A stretch of 63,876 nucleotides of DNA, the filler included, from Octopus bimaculoides (Eukaryota): assembly GCF_001194135.2 (NCBI RefSeq). It is 6 parts of 5 records of this genome, joined end to end, with 100 filler letters (N's around TTAATTAATTAA, not from the genome) between each part and the next. Parts side by side here need not be neighbours in the genome. Positions count along the whole stretch, not along the records: positions 15,096 to 40,934 come from NC_068995.1; positions 41,035 to 57,996 come from NC_068985.1; 4 more parts are not named here. One strand, written 5' to 3'. This document shows positions 40,490-54,442 of the stretch, piece by piece. Below the pieces are notes generated by a model. The model had not been told where the DNA came from. It saw nothing but the letters and a program-made list of their open reading frames with translations, and searched no databases. A program made the position numbers and the translations under genes. Position 1 is the first letter of the stretch. Each line of letters opens with the position of its first letter.

Positions 40490-40934
40490 AGCAGTTGTCC
40501 GAATATGTCATCACGGTATTATCTACTGATCAGAAATGATATTGTAGCTAGGACACTTTATAACGCGGTCCGTCGGAAGGATAACCCCGAGGACAAAGAA
40601 ATAAGAATCCACAGTATGGTGGAAGCCATAGCCACTCATAACAAAATGGAGTACTGGTGGAATGTCCCAGTGAAAACCTCAATAAAACACAACAGACATG
40701 ACATAATGATTTGCGATAGAGATGAAAAACTTTGTACAGTTGAGGAAATCAGTTGCCCAGCAGATGTTAACATAAAGCTAAAGTTCAGCGAAATAGAGAA
40801 TATTTATGCTGAACTACTGAGAAAACTGCAATTACTTTCCCCAGATTACAAGTTCAGGTTTCTACCTGTAATTATCGGGGTACTGAGATATGCAACACAC
40901 TGCCTAAATACCAATCTTGAGAAATTAGGCTTCT
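40490..40934 (+). mobile_element. 5'-truncated RLE retrotransposon fragment, cut by a gap
   Basis: SCPNMSSRYY..RND..EYWWNVPVKT..RHDIMICDRDEKLCTVEEISCP; closely similar to the 56547-57537 copy. Confidence 0.85.
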
Positions 40935-41034
40935 NNNNNNNNNNNNNNNNNNNNNNNNNNNNNNNNNNNNNNNNNNNNTTAATTAATTAANNNNNNNNNN
41001 NNNNNNNNNNNNNNNNNNNNNNNNNNNNNNNNNN

Positions 41035-41082
<48 letters not shown>

Positions 41083-41386
41083 CGTATGTGTGTGTGCGTG
41101 TGTGTGTGTCTGTGTAGAATTATAGCTAGCAAGCTAACAAGCTAACAAGCTATATAGATAGTTAGAGAGAAAGGGGGAGAGAGAGAAGAGAGAGAAAGCG
41201 AGAGAAAAAGAGAAAGACCGACCAACCGATAGATAGATAGATAGATAGATAGATGCATATAAGTGTGTGTATATATATATGTATACATATATTTATGCAT
41301 GTATGAAGTCTGCATCGGAATAGATTAAAAAGTAAGAGGAACAGAGAAAAAGACAGAGAGAGAGAGAGGGAGAGAGGGAAAGAGAG

Positions 41387-41421
<35 letters not shown>

Positions 41422-41820
41422 ATGAAAGAAAAAAAGAAAAAAAGAAAGAAAGAAAGAAAGAAAGAAAGTGTGGAAGTGAGGGAGAAAGAGGTAGAGAGGC
41501 AAATGAATGTTCGATGAGAGATGTAATTGGTGGGCGTTTTGAAAGCCATTGATGAGAGGCGAACGACAACTGTAACTCGGAGTAGAATTACAGTCTACTT
41601 GTAAAGCTAAACTTTATGCATGAATATAATGGCTAATTTTTTAAATATAATTCAGCGTCAGTGCAGCAATACTGCCAGTACACGGATGTAACTGTGCCAC
41701 TGTGTGCAGCAGCAACTTAGTTGCAGATACGTTAGAGTACAGTTGACCTGTCTTTTCATCTCTTGTTGATAGCAGTGCAATCAATGCATATGTGCATCTT
41801 AATACATGCATACATGCATA

Positions 41821-41863
<43 letters not shown>

Positions 41864-43074
41864 TGGTTTGCATAATATACATGTGTATGTGTACATTTAT
41901 ATACATAAATGCATACACACACACACACACACAAACATATATATATATAAAGCAAATAATAAATGAGTATATGCATATATACGAACAGGTATGTGCATAC
42001 CTACGTCTACCTGTATATATAGGTGTATATCTGGGTACAGGACATTGCAAACAAAACGTAGACAAAAAAATAATAATAACCAGAGTACAGAAAACACAGG
42101 CCACATAGAGAACATTTTCCTTCATCAGCTACCCCCATTCTAACACAGGCGTTTCGGAGAGTATANNNNNNNNNNNNNNNNNNNNNNNNNNNNNNNNNNN
42201 NNNNNNNNNNNNNNNNNNNNNNNNNNNNNNNNNNNNNNNNNNNNNNNNNNNNNNNNNNNNNNNNNNNNNNNNNNNNNNNNNNNNNNNNNNNNNNNNNNNN
42301 NNNNNNNNNNNNNNNNNNNNNNNNNNNNNNNNNNNNNNNNNNNNNNNNNNNNNNNNNNNNNNNNNNNNNNNNNNNNNNNNNNNNNNNNNNNNNNNNNNNN
42401 NNNNNNNNNNNNNNNNNNNNNNNNNNNNNNNNNNNNNNNNNNNNNNNNNNNNNNNNNNNNNNNNNNNNNNNNNNNNNNNNNNNNNNNNNNNNNNNNNNNN
42501 NNNNNNNNNNNNNNNNNNNNNNNNNNNNNNNNNNNNNNNNNNNNNNNNNNNNNNNNNNNNNNNNNNNNNNNNNNNNNNNNNNNNNNNNNNNNNNNNNNNN
42601 NNNNNNNNNNNNNNNNNNNNNNNNNNNNNNNNNNNNNNNNNNNNNNNNNNNNNNNNNNNNNNNNNNNNNNNNNNNNNNNTCTGCTTGTCTCATAACACCG
42701 TTTGACAACCGGAGTTGGTTGGTGTATGTCCCTGTTATCTAACGGTTCGTCAAAAACGAACGATAGAACACATACTAGACTTTCAAAAGATAAGTACTGG
42801 GGTCGAATTATTCGACTAAACTCTTCAATGTGGTACCTCAGCATAAATCAAATAAAAGATAAAAGATAAACGATAAAATCGTAATAGATAGCTCTTTCGT
42901 TTGTTACTCTATCCCAGCCCTGACATCTCAGTATACGCTGTAGCATCACCTCCGCAGTTGATTGCTCTTTTCTTTCTTTTTCTTTGTCGTCTCTCTCTGA
43001 ATATTCAAGGTGTCTCCAATCACTTTGATAATGTTTTTCAGTAAATATGCTGTCCAACCAAATCTGATTCTATG

Positions 43075-43345
43075 CTTCGCAGCTATCATGCCATCGTTTT
43101 TCGAAAATAGTTTGTGTCTGAGGTAGATAAATTCAGAAACTTGCTTACTGGCTTGCTACATATTGTATGGTCGACTGGATTAGATTCATCTGTTGTCATG
43201 TATTTTGTTGTTGATACATTGATGGAAAGCCTTGCTTCTGCAGCATGCTTAGCAAGACAGTCAACAAAACATTGTAAGTCCTGGCAGAATTAGTTTATGA
43301 CAGAAATATCATCAGAGTCGCTAAGACTGGAGAGGGGCGTCCTTC
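43075..43345 (-). mobile_element. Degenerate LINE RT fragment (motifs 5-7)
   Basis: SDDISV..RLSINVSTTKYMT..EFIYLR, resembling ADD..GL.IN..KTKYM..F.YLG. Confidence 0.55.
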
Positions 43346-43873
43346 GATATAGAATCCAGATGGACATTCATCTTCAGTTTTAGAAAGTATTATGGCGATT
43401 ACTATACTGTAATGGCTGAATGTACATTTTGCTTTACTCCTTTAAAGACATTCACAGATCTGGAGGTGCCACGAGTTTAGTCACATTACACGATTTTTCA
43501 GAATCATTTAATGCGAATTATTGCTTAACACCAAGCTCACAGACCATGAGTTTTGTGTTAGCAATTGAAGACAAATAACTAAATTCCCTCTAATCATCTC
43601 TGTTATCAAAAATAAAGTACTCAAACTACTTGGCCACAATTAGCGACTGATTTGTTGCTCAGTAAGATCTGTTTGGAAGGCATGATTGAGGGAAAGAGAG
43701 ACAGAGGTCGGTAACCTCGGAGATGGAGAGACATCACAGCAAGGACAGATCTTGGCATAGTTTTCTGAATGCTCTTGCCAAAGATCGAATACCAAGGAGG
43801 CAACTATCTCATGTTGGTGCGCATTCGCTAGTAAGCGGATATAACGGGAAATGATGACAGTGATGATGATAAC

Positions 43874-43926
<53 letters not shown>

Positions 43927-44389
43927 CGTTGTTGTTGTTACTATATGTAATTATTTCTAATATTCTCATGTTCCTCTCTATACTGAATCGTCTTTTGGCT
44001 TTCAAATATCCAAATTCATTCTATTGGAGAGGATGTATCATCTTCTTCAATATCATGGTTACTACAACCATAGTCGGAGTTTCCTCCAACTACTACTACA
44101 ACTACTGCTTCAGCTACTGCTTCAGATGTTGCTGCTGCTACTGATGTAAGGGTGTTTACAATAAAAATCTGCAAATGTCTGGCTGTTAAATAAAAAGTTG
44201 AAAAATAAACAAAATAATTCTTTGAAATCTGGTCGTGTTCTTCAAGTATTAATCAGAAAATATAATCAACAGAAATGGAAAAGACTCAAGTGGCAGTGAG
44301 ATACAAAACAGGTCTGACTCGTTGTCTGCCAATAACAACAATAATAATAATAATAACAACAACAACAGCAACAACAACCATAATAATAA

Positions 44390-44881
44390 TAATCCTTTCT
44401 ACTAAAGGCACAATGCCAGAAATTTTGTGGGGTGAGGACTAGTCGATTACGTCGACCCCAGTGCTCAACTGGTACTTATTTTACCTACCTTGTAAGGATG
44501 AAAGTGAAAGTAGACCTCGGCGGAATTTGAGCATAGATCGTAAAGACAGACGAAATGCCGATAAGCATTTTGCTCGGCGTGCTAACGATTCTGAAAAGAC
44601 TTGTCACCAAACTTCTATATATATTCCTGCTAATTAAATTAGCATGTAAGAGCTATATGATAATAATAATCCTTTCTGCTAAAGTCACAAGGCCAAAAAT
44701 TTGGAGGGAGGGTACTAGTCGATTACAACGAACCCAATGTTTCACTGGTACTTAATTTATCGACCCCGAAAGGATGAAAGGCAAAGTCGACCTCAACGGA
44801 ATTTGAACTCAGAACGTAGAGACGTGCGAAATACCGCTAAGCATTTCGTCCAGCGTGCTAACGATTCTGGCAGCTCGCCGC
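44390..44881 (-). mobile_element. Two family B SINEs in tandem
   Basis: Copies at about 44390-44590 and 44668-44881, with tails ending in (AAT)n. Confidence 0.85.
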
Positions 44882-44882
44882 C

Positions 44883-44938
<56 letters not shown>

Positions 44939-45169
44939 ATGTCGACTATTATGATCTTTTTATGAGCTACAAGGCCTCGAAGTGTGCGTGGGTCAAAGAG
45001 CTTATATAAAAACGAAGCTGAGTTAGTTTTAACATTTTTTTAATAAAAGAATACAATAAAACACATTAATTAAAACACAGTTCAGGTTTAAGAGGTCAAC
45101 CACCTACACCACGTTTTTGATTAAACCACGTTCTTGATTAAACTGCTTTCTACTCCTCGCCAGATTATC

Positions 45170-45364
45170 TTTTATCTTTTACTGGTTTCATTCATTGGAC
45201 TGCAGTCATGCTGGAGTACCACCTTAAAGGATTTAGTTGAACGTATCAATCCTAGTACCTATTTATCTATTTAGTAGTCTGTCAGTTAATTTTGCTGAAC
45301 TGATAACCGATAAGTTACGAGAATTTAGATAAACAAGCGGTTGCTAAACGACGGTACGGGACGA

Positions 45365-45425
<61 letters not shown>

Positions 45426-45491
45426 NNNNNNNNNNNNNNNNNNNNNNNNNNNNNNNNNNNNNNNNNNNNNNNNNNNNNNNNNNNNNNNNNN

Positions 45492-45534
<43 letters not shown>

Positions 45535-45701
45535 TGGATTACTTTCCGTTTCCCTTTGTGAAATCCAGAAATCTACTGAAAACGCTTTGATTGATCCGAG
45601 ACTATATCAGAACTCACCTGCCCGACATACCACATAGTGAGATTGAACCTGGAAAAATGCGGTTGGGAAACAAACCTCTTACCACATAGCCACGCCTGCG
45701 C
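45170..45701 (-). mobile_element. SINE family A, diverged, with a gap inside its microsatellite
   Basis: Same head and tail. Further partial copies near 4695-4800, 13065-13190, 19215-19330, 22785-22900, 42680-42875, 46480-46620 and 48110-48275. Confidence 0.75.
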
Positions 45702-45829
45702 TATATCAGGGGATTCGTAAACCTTCCATTAGGAGCTTTTAGGTTATAGTGGACAAGTGAGAGCCCAAGTTTTGTGGATCGTTGGAATATATAACATCCA
45801 CCGGAAATTCGCCCTAATATTCTATCCTT

Positions 45830-45985
45830 GGTGGCATTTTCTCCGTCTTCATATTCTGAGTTCAAACGCCTCCAAGGTCGACTTTGCCTTTCATCCTATC
45901 GGGGTTGAGATGGGCAAAATGGGTCGACATAATCAACTTATCCCCTTCCCGGAAATTGCTGGTCTTGTGCCAACATTTGAAACCA
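45830..45985 (+). mobile_element. Family B SINE, diverged
   Basis: ctgagttcaaacgcctccaaggtcgactttgcctttcatcc..gctggtcttgtgcc. Confidence 0.75.
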
Positions 45986-46437
45986 ATATTCCGTCCTTTT
46001 AATGCTGTTTGGAATGTGAAGCCATTTGCTTTTCGATCAGTTTACAAAGCGTTGTATATCAATTAAGTACCTTATAAGAGAGTTTCAACGTAGTCTTCCC
46101 TTACGAGAGGTGCATCTCTCCCCATGCTCTTTATGACCTATTTCGTATATTATCTTAATGTCTTTTGTCGTCTTTTTTCTCGAAAATCTTTGCCAAACTC
46201 CTTCGTCGAACCGCTAGGTTACGGAGAAGTAAGCAATGAAGAACCCAAACACAGACATAAAAATACACACTCTCTCACGCACATATGCACACTTATATTT
46301 ATACACACACACATCAACCCAGACGCACTTACCCATATACACGCATGCATACATATATCTATCTTTACTCACAATTTCAGTCTACCTTAAGAAACGCACA
46401 CCCTCTTGTGTGTGTGTGTGTGTCTGTGTGTGTGTGT

Positions 46438-46469
<32 letters not shown>

Positions 46470-46862
46470 ATGCAGGATTTGGCACGGTTTCTGTGTACCA
46501 AATTAACTCACAAGGCATTGATCATTGGCTGGCCCGGGACTATAATAGAAGTCGCCTGTCCAAGATGCCTAGAAGTGAAACTGAACACGAAAATCGAACT
46601 TCTTAACTCCAGTCCTAAAATAACTTTAATTTGCACATGTGTGGTCTCTGGGATCTTCGGTCAGGATGCTAAGATTTTAAGGCCTTCCTGTCAGCTCCCT
46701 ATACATAGCACAACACTTGTACTGTATAATATCCGTGACCATGCATAGTCGTGGGATTTGTAAGGCCATAATGAAGCCATACTGAAAACCTGAAGAGAGT
46801 TGTACCATGTTTCGTAATGTTATTACAATATATATTTTAACATTTTAACTCAGAATCGCAAT

Positions 46863-47068
46863 ACTTTACTCTTTTACTTGTTTCAGTCATTTTGACTGTG
46901 GCTGGAGCGCCGCCTTTTAGTCGAACAAATCAACACCTGGATTTATTCTTTGTAAACCTGATATTTATTCTATTGATCTCTTTTGCCGAGCCGCTAAGTT
47001 ACGGGGACGTAAACACACCAATATCGGTTGTCGAGCGATTTCAGAGGGACAAACACAGACGCAAACAC

Positions 47069-47107
<39 letters not shown>

Positions 47108-47270
47108 TACGGCTGGCTTCTTTCAGTTTCTGTCTACCAAATCCACTCACTGGGCTTTGGTCGGCCCGGGGCTAAAGTAGAAGTCACTTGCCCAAGGTGC
47201 TACGCAGTAGGACTGAACCTGGAACCATGTTGTTGGGAAGCCAGCTTCATACCGCACAGCCACACCTGCA
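46863..47270 (-). mobile_element. SINE family A, full length
   Basis: Reverse complement of the 12431-12905 element. Confidence 0.9.
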
Positions 47271-48960
47271 GCTTGTGAGAAAACATTTCTAATCGTACTG
47301 AGTAAAAAGGCTATTGCAGCATTTAGATGAGATATATTGCCATCGGATGATAAGTAAGTATTGTTGTCACAGGCTGTTTAAATCCTGTTTTAAATTTGTG
47401 ACTGCCGATATTCGATATCTGAGAGCCTTGTGTAGTGTCTTAGAATTCCACAAGGTGAAGTGAAAATCGCCTAACAGACGACTACCTCAGAGAAATTTTC
47501 TTTTTTGTAGGGAGCTGTTTTTTTATATCGACAGCTGCTTGCACGTGTGCCTTTCTTTCTATAGTAGTGTACAAAACTGGATGGTATATTGTTGAGCTAA
47601 GAGTAGATTATGTTAACATTTAGCGTATTAAAGAATTTATGTGTTCGAGAAATGTTAAATTAGGAATAAGGACTTCCTAACTAAATTTATGTTTGCATCA
47701 AGATCGAATGAAAGATTATGGTGACATCTAGAGTGAATAGAGTGTTATACTTTTTTTTTTTTTTTTGGTTCATTTCTTCAAGTGGGAGATCATCCATATA
47801 CATTTATTTATAGATAAAGCCAATACTTACGAACAACCCATTGTAATGAGTCACGGCTTTATCAAGGATATTACTTTGAAAATAGATTAGAAATACTATT
47901 ATTGATGCTTACTACTGTATTTCTGATTGCAGATAGTATGGTTAGAATTCCTAAGGCTATATTTTGTTATCTTTTTGATGGAGATTACGTTTGAGTTTCC
48001 AAAGCTCCAATGTAAATTAAGAGGGTATGCGTTTCTTAAGGTAGACAGAAATTATGAGTAAAGATAGATATATGTATGCGTGCGTGTATGTGCGTGTATG
48101 TGTCTTTGGATTGGTATAGTATTTGTGAATTGACGATTAGTGTTGGTTGTCCTCTTAGCTTTGTGGGTAGGCAACAGAGACCGATGGAATAAGTACTAGG
48201 CTTAAGAATAAGTTCTAGGGCGATTCGTTCGATGGTACCCTTTGTTGTAGCCAAATGACTAAAACGTAAAAGATAATAAATAATCCAGCGAGATCTGCAG
48301 CCCCAGCTCCGTCTTAACTGCCCATTAAGATGCCGAAAGAAGAGTCAGGAATCGTAATTGCACAAGAGTGGCTTCTTGTTTGACACAATTATTGTAAAAT
48401 TTATGTTAATAGTTATAATACAATAGCACTCGAAGATGGTGGTTTAGATATAGGGAGATAAAACTGTACAATATCGAATTCTTTAAGGTTACAAGCTGCC
48501 TTGTACTTGATACCACAGAACCAGTTGCTTATGGCTGCAAAGCAATTTTATTGGATTAATTCCTTTACAAACCCTTCTTATATCAAGACTAATGGCATTG
48601 AGTAAACGCTTACACACTAAAATTACCTCATTTTTAGAAGAGTTAATCAACCTGAAAAGGGATTAGATTTATGGTCCTTAAAAGTAATTTAATGGAGTAG
48701 ATGCACGAGAGCGTTCTGTCCTTAATAGTCTAATTTGTTCATTTCTGTTGCTGCTTCATTCTAAGTTACGGTATCAGTTTTCTTGTTCTCATACAGACAC
48801 ACACACTTGTGTGTATGTGTGGGTACACGCGCGCATGCATGTGTGTGTGCGTATACATGAAGTTTGTAAAATTCAAACCTCTGTCATATATATATACACA
48901 CAAAGGCGACGAGCTAGCTGAATTGTTAGCACACTGGGCAAAATGCACACACACATATAC

Positions 48961-49033
<73 letters not shown>

Positions 49034-49789
49034 TGTATATATATATATACATGTGTGTGTGCGCGCGCACATACATACATACATACATATACATATGTAT
49101 ATGTGTATATAGAAATACACACACACAAAGTCTCTCGTAGTCCATGAAAGCCTACACGTATGATTTGTTTATTGTGATCAAATGTTTGTGTTGCATATTT
49201 GTTCACTGGTTACATCAAATCGACATAGTCTGCACAGGTGTACCGCGTAACAAACCTCAGTTGCCGAAGTGTTCGCAGAGCAACGTGAGATGGAATTATT
49301 TGCTCAAGAACACTACGCACCTCCAGTCTGTGCAACACCCACTACGCAGGCCATGCGCCCTCACTTTGCTTCTCTGTTATTTATAGGTACACATCACCGC
49401 TTTTCGACTTTTTGTGTTTCAAACTTTCTAATATTTCGATTCCCATAAGACCATACCACCCTCACAAAATATGATCTTACAACCCTATCTTTTCCATGAT
49501 TACAACCCTATTTTTCTTTCATTTGATGACATCTATGATAACATTATGCAAAAGGCAATGACAGGTTATTTTGAGTTAAGACTTGTATCACAAGTTAAGC
49601 GAGAGGCGTCTAGAAAAATTGATATGGGTATTGGGAAAGGCACATTTCTATGGACCGATCGAGATCATTAGAGAGAGAGAGAAAGCAAGAGGGAGGGGAG
49701 GAGAGAGAGAGATTTTAAGGTCATAAATTCGATGATAATTTCTATCGAGAAACACTTTGATCAGGTGAGTTACAAGTTGGATTTAAGTT

Positions 49790-50310
49790 TGGAGACATAC
49801 TTTCTGGAAAAGAGTTCTACAGTCAACCGTGTTGGTTGCAGTGAAATACCGATCAACAAACGGAGAACAGCAATTCGTCGAAAATACTGTCGAAACGTGC
49901 TATTGTTGCACGAAATGCACGCCCACACACGGCTGCCTACACACAGCCGCCCACACACGATCGCCCACACCTTCGAAGTCATTGAAAAAATTGGCTTTCG
50001 AGTTGCTGGAACACATTGCATACAGTCCAGATCTCGCCCCTTAAAACTTTTACCTCTTTGGACCGCTCACGCATCCTTTATGTGGTTATCAATGCGCTAC
50101 GGACGAAGAAGCGCATGAGGCGGTGCGAAAGTGGCTGCGCAACCAGCCGAAAACCTTCTATGATAGAATAAGCAAGCCTGTGGGTCACTGGAAGAAGTGT
50201 ATGGAAAATCAAGGATGATTATGTCGCAAAATGCTGTAATCTTTTAAACCCTATTTTTGTTTTAATAAATTACAGAAAAAACCGTACGTACAAATTCTGA
50301 ATTAACCTCA
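49790..50310 (+). mobile_element. Mariner relic, 3' part
   Basis: LLHENARPHT and FELLEHIAYSPDLAP (HPPYSPDLAP motif) with frameshifts. Confidence 0.85.
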
Positions 50311-51614
50311 AAGGAACATCTAACCCAGAGTCGCAATATCTGACTAAGCTAAACTTGTGCTCTTGTGCGGAAGTTTAGTAGCTTACAATGGCATGTGACC
50401 ACGGGCACTTTGACGTTGCGGTGAAAGGGGCCGAAACACCTATAAAGCTGCTTCACTGTCTGATGAGCCATTGACTCATGCATTTGGAGACTGAGTACCG
50501 TATGAACCTTTAGCATACCAGTTATTACCTTAAAGGTTGATTCCTACTATGCCTAAAAAAAATTGTCTCTATTAAGGACATATCTTCGATCAAGAATGAC
50601 ACACGAGATAATAAAAAACAAAACGCTTCAATGTTTCGGTGTCACAAAGACAAGCTAAGACAATATAAATCTGATTGTAGTTGCCGCCAAAATGATTTTC
50701 GGAAATGAAACTCTACAACAGAATTTCAACTAATTGTGGCTGATTTGATAAAAAAAAAGAAGAGGATTTAATGAATGCAGTAGCAATGAGATGATGGTAA
50801 TAGTGAAAAAATGGGTGATGTGAGAAAGGGGTAGGAAGAGAAAGAAATGCGATGAGAAGTACTCTAAGAAACTGAACGGACTTCAACTGACCTCGGTCCT
50901 TAGCCACATTACAATCGCACAAAAGCGGTTGAAGAATCCCTCTGGATATAATCCTATCGAAATTTCGATATCATTGTTCTCACATCGATATTATGTAATT
51001 TCTCATTAATTTATTCAAATATTATTTGGGGTAACATCTATTTATATGACTTCATAAGAAGTATTACTACCATTGTTATATTTGTCCCGCACATCATCAT
51101 CATCATCATCATCATCATCATTTGTCTGACGTCAATATGCAAAAGGTAAATACAATAAGAATTTCCACCGTCTCCGCTAATGAAGTTACACACACGCACA
51201 CATACACACACACACAAAACACACACACACACACACACAAAACACACACACACACACACATAACACACACACGCATACATGTGTGCGTATATATACATAT
51301 ATATAATACATACATACACAGTAACTTAACAGGTGTGTGTGTGTGTGCGTGTGTGTGTGTGTGTGTGAGTGTGTGTGTGAGTGTGTGTGTGTGAGTGTGT
51401 GTGCATGTGCGACCGTCTGTGCGTACATATCATTCTTTACGTACTTGTATTTATGTTTGTATTTGTATATGCAATCTCTTTTGCACACAGGTACACTCAC
51501 ACCCACATACAGACATTTATATAAATACCTAAAATCATGCAAACACATGTGTCTATACCTACATACACTGATGTATTTAACTTTGTGGTATATCACGCGT
51601 GTGTGTGTGGGGGG

Positions 51615-51655
<41 letters not shown>

Positions 51656-51709
51656 TGTTTGTTTTGGTCGTATTCTCTTCTGCTTTCCCTCTCCACCTCA
51701 TCGCGAGGC

Positions 51710-51728
51710 TGACGTCACAATGACGTCA
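51710..51728. promoter_or_regulatory. Two full CRE palindromes (TGACGTCA) 3 bp apart
   Basis: TGACGTCA at 51710-17 and 51721-28; motif match only. Confidence 0.35.
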
Positions 51729-52523
51729 AATATATTTATTTTTGGAATGGNNNNNNNNNNNNNNNNNNNNNNNNNNNNNNNNNNNNNNNNNNNNNNNNNN
51801 NNNNNNNNNNNNNNNNNNNNNNNNNNNNNNNNNNNNNNNNNNNNNNNNNNNNNNNNNNNNNNNNNNNNNNNNNNNNNNNNNNNNNNNNNNNNNNNNNNNN
51901 NNNNNNNNNNNNNNNNNGATTGAAGTCTATGCAAGAAAAACAACAACAACAATAAAACACAAATAGTTACCACTGCAACAACGCAAAACAACGAGGAAGA
52001 GTGTGCATAGTTAGAAATAGCAGTCAAATTTCCCTCAAATCACACCAGCCTATCTTATATCACTTCGGATGATGTGATTTTGGATTGTTTATTGATTGGG
52101 AAAAATTATGATGGTCATGGCTAGAATGCTGTATTAGAGTAACAACAGAAACACCAGGAAATTGTAGAGAAGCTCGTTGGATAGGTTGTCCATATCATTC
52201 AAAGGTTCGGCCTTATCACACAGTGTCAACTGATTCTGCTGCCTGAAAACTACGCTAGGGTACATGTCTGCGGGATATACAGCCACTAAAAAGTTAATTC
52301 AATGGGGAGGTAATTCAATTGACCGAACCAATGAATACTTCTCATCGAAACCGACGAAAGTTCCATACATATTTGGAATCTGTTAGTTTTATGGGGTTCG
52401 TGCAGTTAATTATAAATTTAAAAAAATCATGTTCATTACATTTACAAAATGTCAGAGGTGTAACTCCAGTGGGGGCAGTTCGAGTAAAGAAGGATTGGGC
52501 ATTCTTTTCATCAGTAGATAAAC

Positions 52524-52787
52524 CAATGGTTCTCAACCGGGGTCCATATGGCCCTTGGGTAGCCATATGATATTTTCTTGTTAAAATTCATATGCAATAA
52601 ACTGCTTATATTTCTACAATACACAAAACATTTAAACATTTTTTTACACATTTCCTAAAAACATTTAATTATTAAAAAAATTTAATAAGAGGAGGTTTTA
52701 GACATCGAATGGCTATGAGAGTCATGCCCCACTGAGTAAAATACAAATCAAAGGGGTCCACAGCCAAAAAATGGTTGAGAACCACTG
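52524..52787. mobile_element. hAT (Charlie-like) MITE
   Basis: TIRs CAATGGTTCTCAACC and GGTTGAGAACCACTG; subterminal GGGGTCCA motifs; 8-bp flanks only partly match. Confidence 0.8.
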
Positions 52788-52849
52788 GTCTAAATTAATA
52801 ACCATATCTCAAAATATATCCCTGAATAACTAAAATTTAAGATACACCA

Positions 52850-53500
52850 TTTAACGGTTGCAATGCACCAAGTTCCTTCCTCACTAGCAGAAATTTCAAG
52901 ATGTTTTGCACACTGTCTGAGATGTTTCCCGTGGAGCAAAAGTTCGTTCGGATTAGTACTCTACCAATCCCTACATCTACTTTTTCTCCTTGTTTTTGAT
53001 GGTCTCGCCGATTAGTATTTTCGATAGTGTAAAGTTGGACTGATGGCTTTCATTAACCCTTCACACACTTTACAGATGTATCTATAACAGATGATTATTA
53101 ATGCCACTGCAAAGCTGAATCCAATAGTCATTTTCAAATCTAGCTGTCTTCTGGTTGTTGCTTCTTGCTATTTTAGGGTTGTTCAGACTTTCAGGATGGC
53201 CCATATAGGATGATATTCATATTTAGCAAGTGCAACATACTTTGTCTCCTCGATAACAGGGATTGAGGTACCTAAACTCCAAACCAGTTCCTGCCTCTTA
53301 CTCTGTTTCCTACCAAAGTCCTTCGGTACAGGCTTGTGAGTGGCGTCCTTGAAAGAATTCCATCTCAGCCTTGCTTCTCCAGGTGGGTCTTTAAGGAGAG
53401 CATTGTCAAATGATCTATGCATAGGGGAATGAATTCCTGTGTATTTCGAGCACTATGTTGTCATTAGTATCCCACAAATTCAGGTGGAACGTAACAATAC
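52850..53500 (-). mobile_element. Degenerate RTE-clade LINE fragment
   Basis: WNSFKDATHKPVPKDFGRKQSKRQE and downstream RTE-like segments with stops and frameshifts. Confidence 0.55.
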
Positions 53501-53907
53501 GCCAAATTCACCTTAAATTTCTCCATTTCAGTGTGTCATTAATAATTGCTGAATACAACTGAAAAAGTCTTACAAATCAGAGAGCCCTAGTGAAATATAG
53601 AATTGACAGTCTAGATACTACCCACATAAGCGGTGACATAATCATAATGTGAAGCTATGAACATCGAAACTCAAGAAAGTATGGAAGATAACTATAAATC
53701 TGTAATGGTCTAAGACAGAAACTTGTCCATAGTTATCTCTCTTACATGTCAGATTGACTGAAATTTTTATTTGTAATTAAGCTAAGATAATCTTTCTCTA
53801 CATTTGTATTTCTATAATACAGTTCTGTATTTAAGAGATGAAGAATTATGTACATTATTCACATTATTTACATTCGACGGATATTTGTCCTCATCTTGTA
53901 TGTTGTT

Positions 53908-53953
53908 AACACAACGTTTCGGCTGATACAGCCTCCAGCCTTCTTCAGGTGTC
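53908..53953 (-). ncRNA. Minimal type I hammerhead ribozyme motif, core intact
   Basis: Minus strand reads GACAC-CTGAAGA-A-GGCTG-loop-CAGCC-GAAAC-GTT-GTGTT. Stem III is reduced to the palindrome AACGTT, and there is one extra A after A9. Confidence 0.6.
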
Positions 53954-54015
53954 TTGGGGAAATTTCGAACCTGGGTTCTCATTCCTAAGGTAACCCAGGT
54001 TCGAAATTTCCCCAA

Positions 54016-54061
54016 GACACCTGAAGGAGGCTGGAGGGTATATCAGCCGAAACGTTGTGTT
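54016..54061 (+). ncRNA. Hammerhead motif, second copy in the inverted arm (core variant CTGAAGG)
   Basis: GACAC-CTGAAGG-A-GGCTG...CAGCC-GAAAC-GTT-GTGTT; differs from the 53908-53953 copy at core position 9. Confidence 0.5.
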
Positions 54062-54442
54062 AACAACATACAAGATGAGGACAAATATCCGTCGAATGTA
54101 AATAATGTAAATAATGTAAATATTTGTATTTCTGTTTAGATATTTGATAATAACTACATTAAACGTACGTGTTCGTGTGTATGTATGTGTGTATGTGAAT
54201 GTAAATATATATATGTGTGTATGTGCTTGAATACGCATGTATATTATTAATGTAATATGCACACACTCACACTGACGTACGTTTACGTTCTTATCACGTT
54301 GTTTTGCGTTTATATATACATATATATATTTATATTTATACATACACACATATACATATATATACATATATATATATACATATTTCGTATGTGTATTTGG
54401 TGTGCAAGATTCTTGATGTGGATGCGTGTGTTGAAAGAAATA

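Larger units (their letters stand above)
53800..54118. mobile_element. Inverted pair of hammerhead-bearing ~190-bp units (Penelope-like pseudo-LTR)
   Basis: Arms 53851-53977 and 53992-54118 are reverse complements with about 4 mismatches and a 14-nt spacer. The same unit recurs at 57538-57720. Confidence 0.65.

Noticed and set aside
42121-42165. Possible hammerhead on the minus strand (TATACTCTCC-GAAAC-GCCT-GTGTT ... CTGATGA)
   Set aside because: The 5' core would lie in the adjacent N gap and the cleavage triplet does not fit, so it cannot be called.
48620-48670. LEELINLKR, resembling the next SLC7 exon (TEELxNPxR)
   Set aside because: No acceptor at the right distance, no GT donor, and the NxLNY and P residues are missing.
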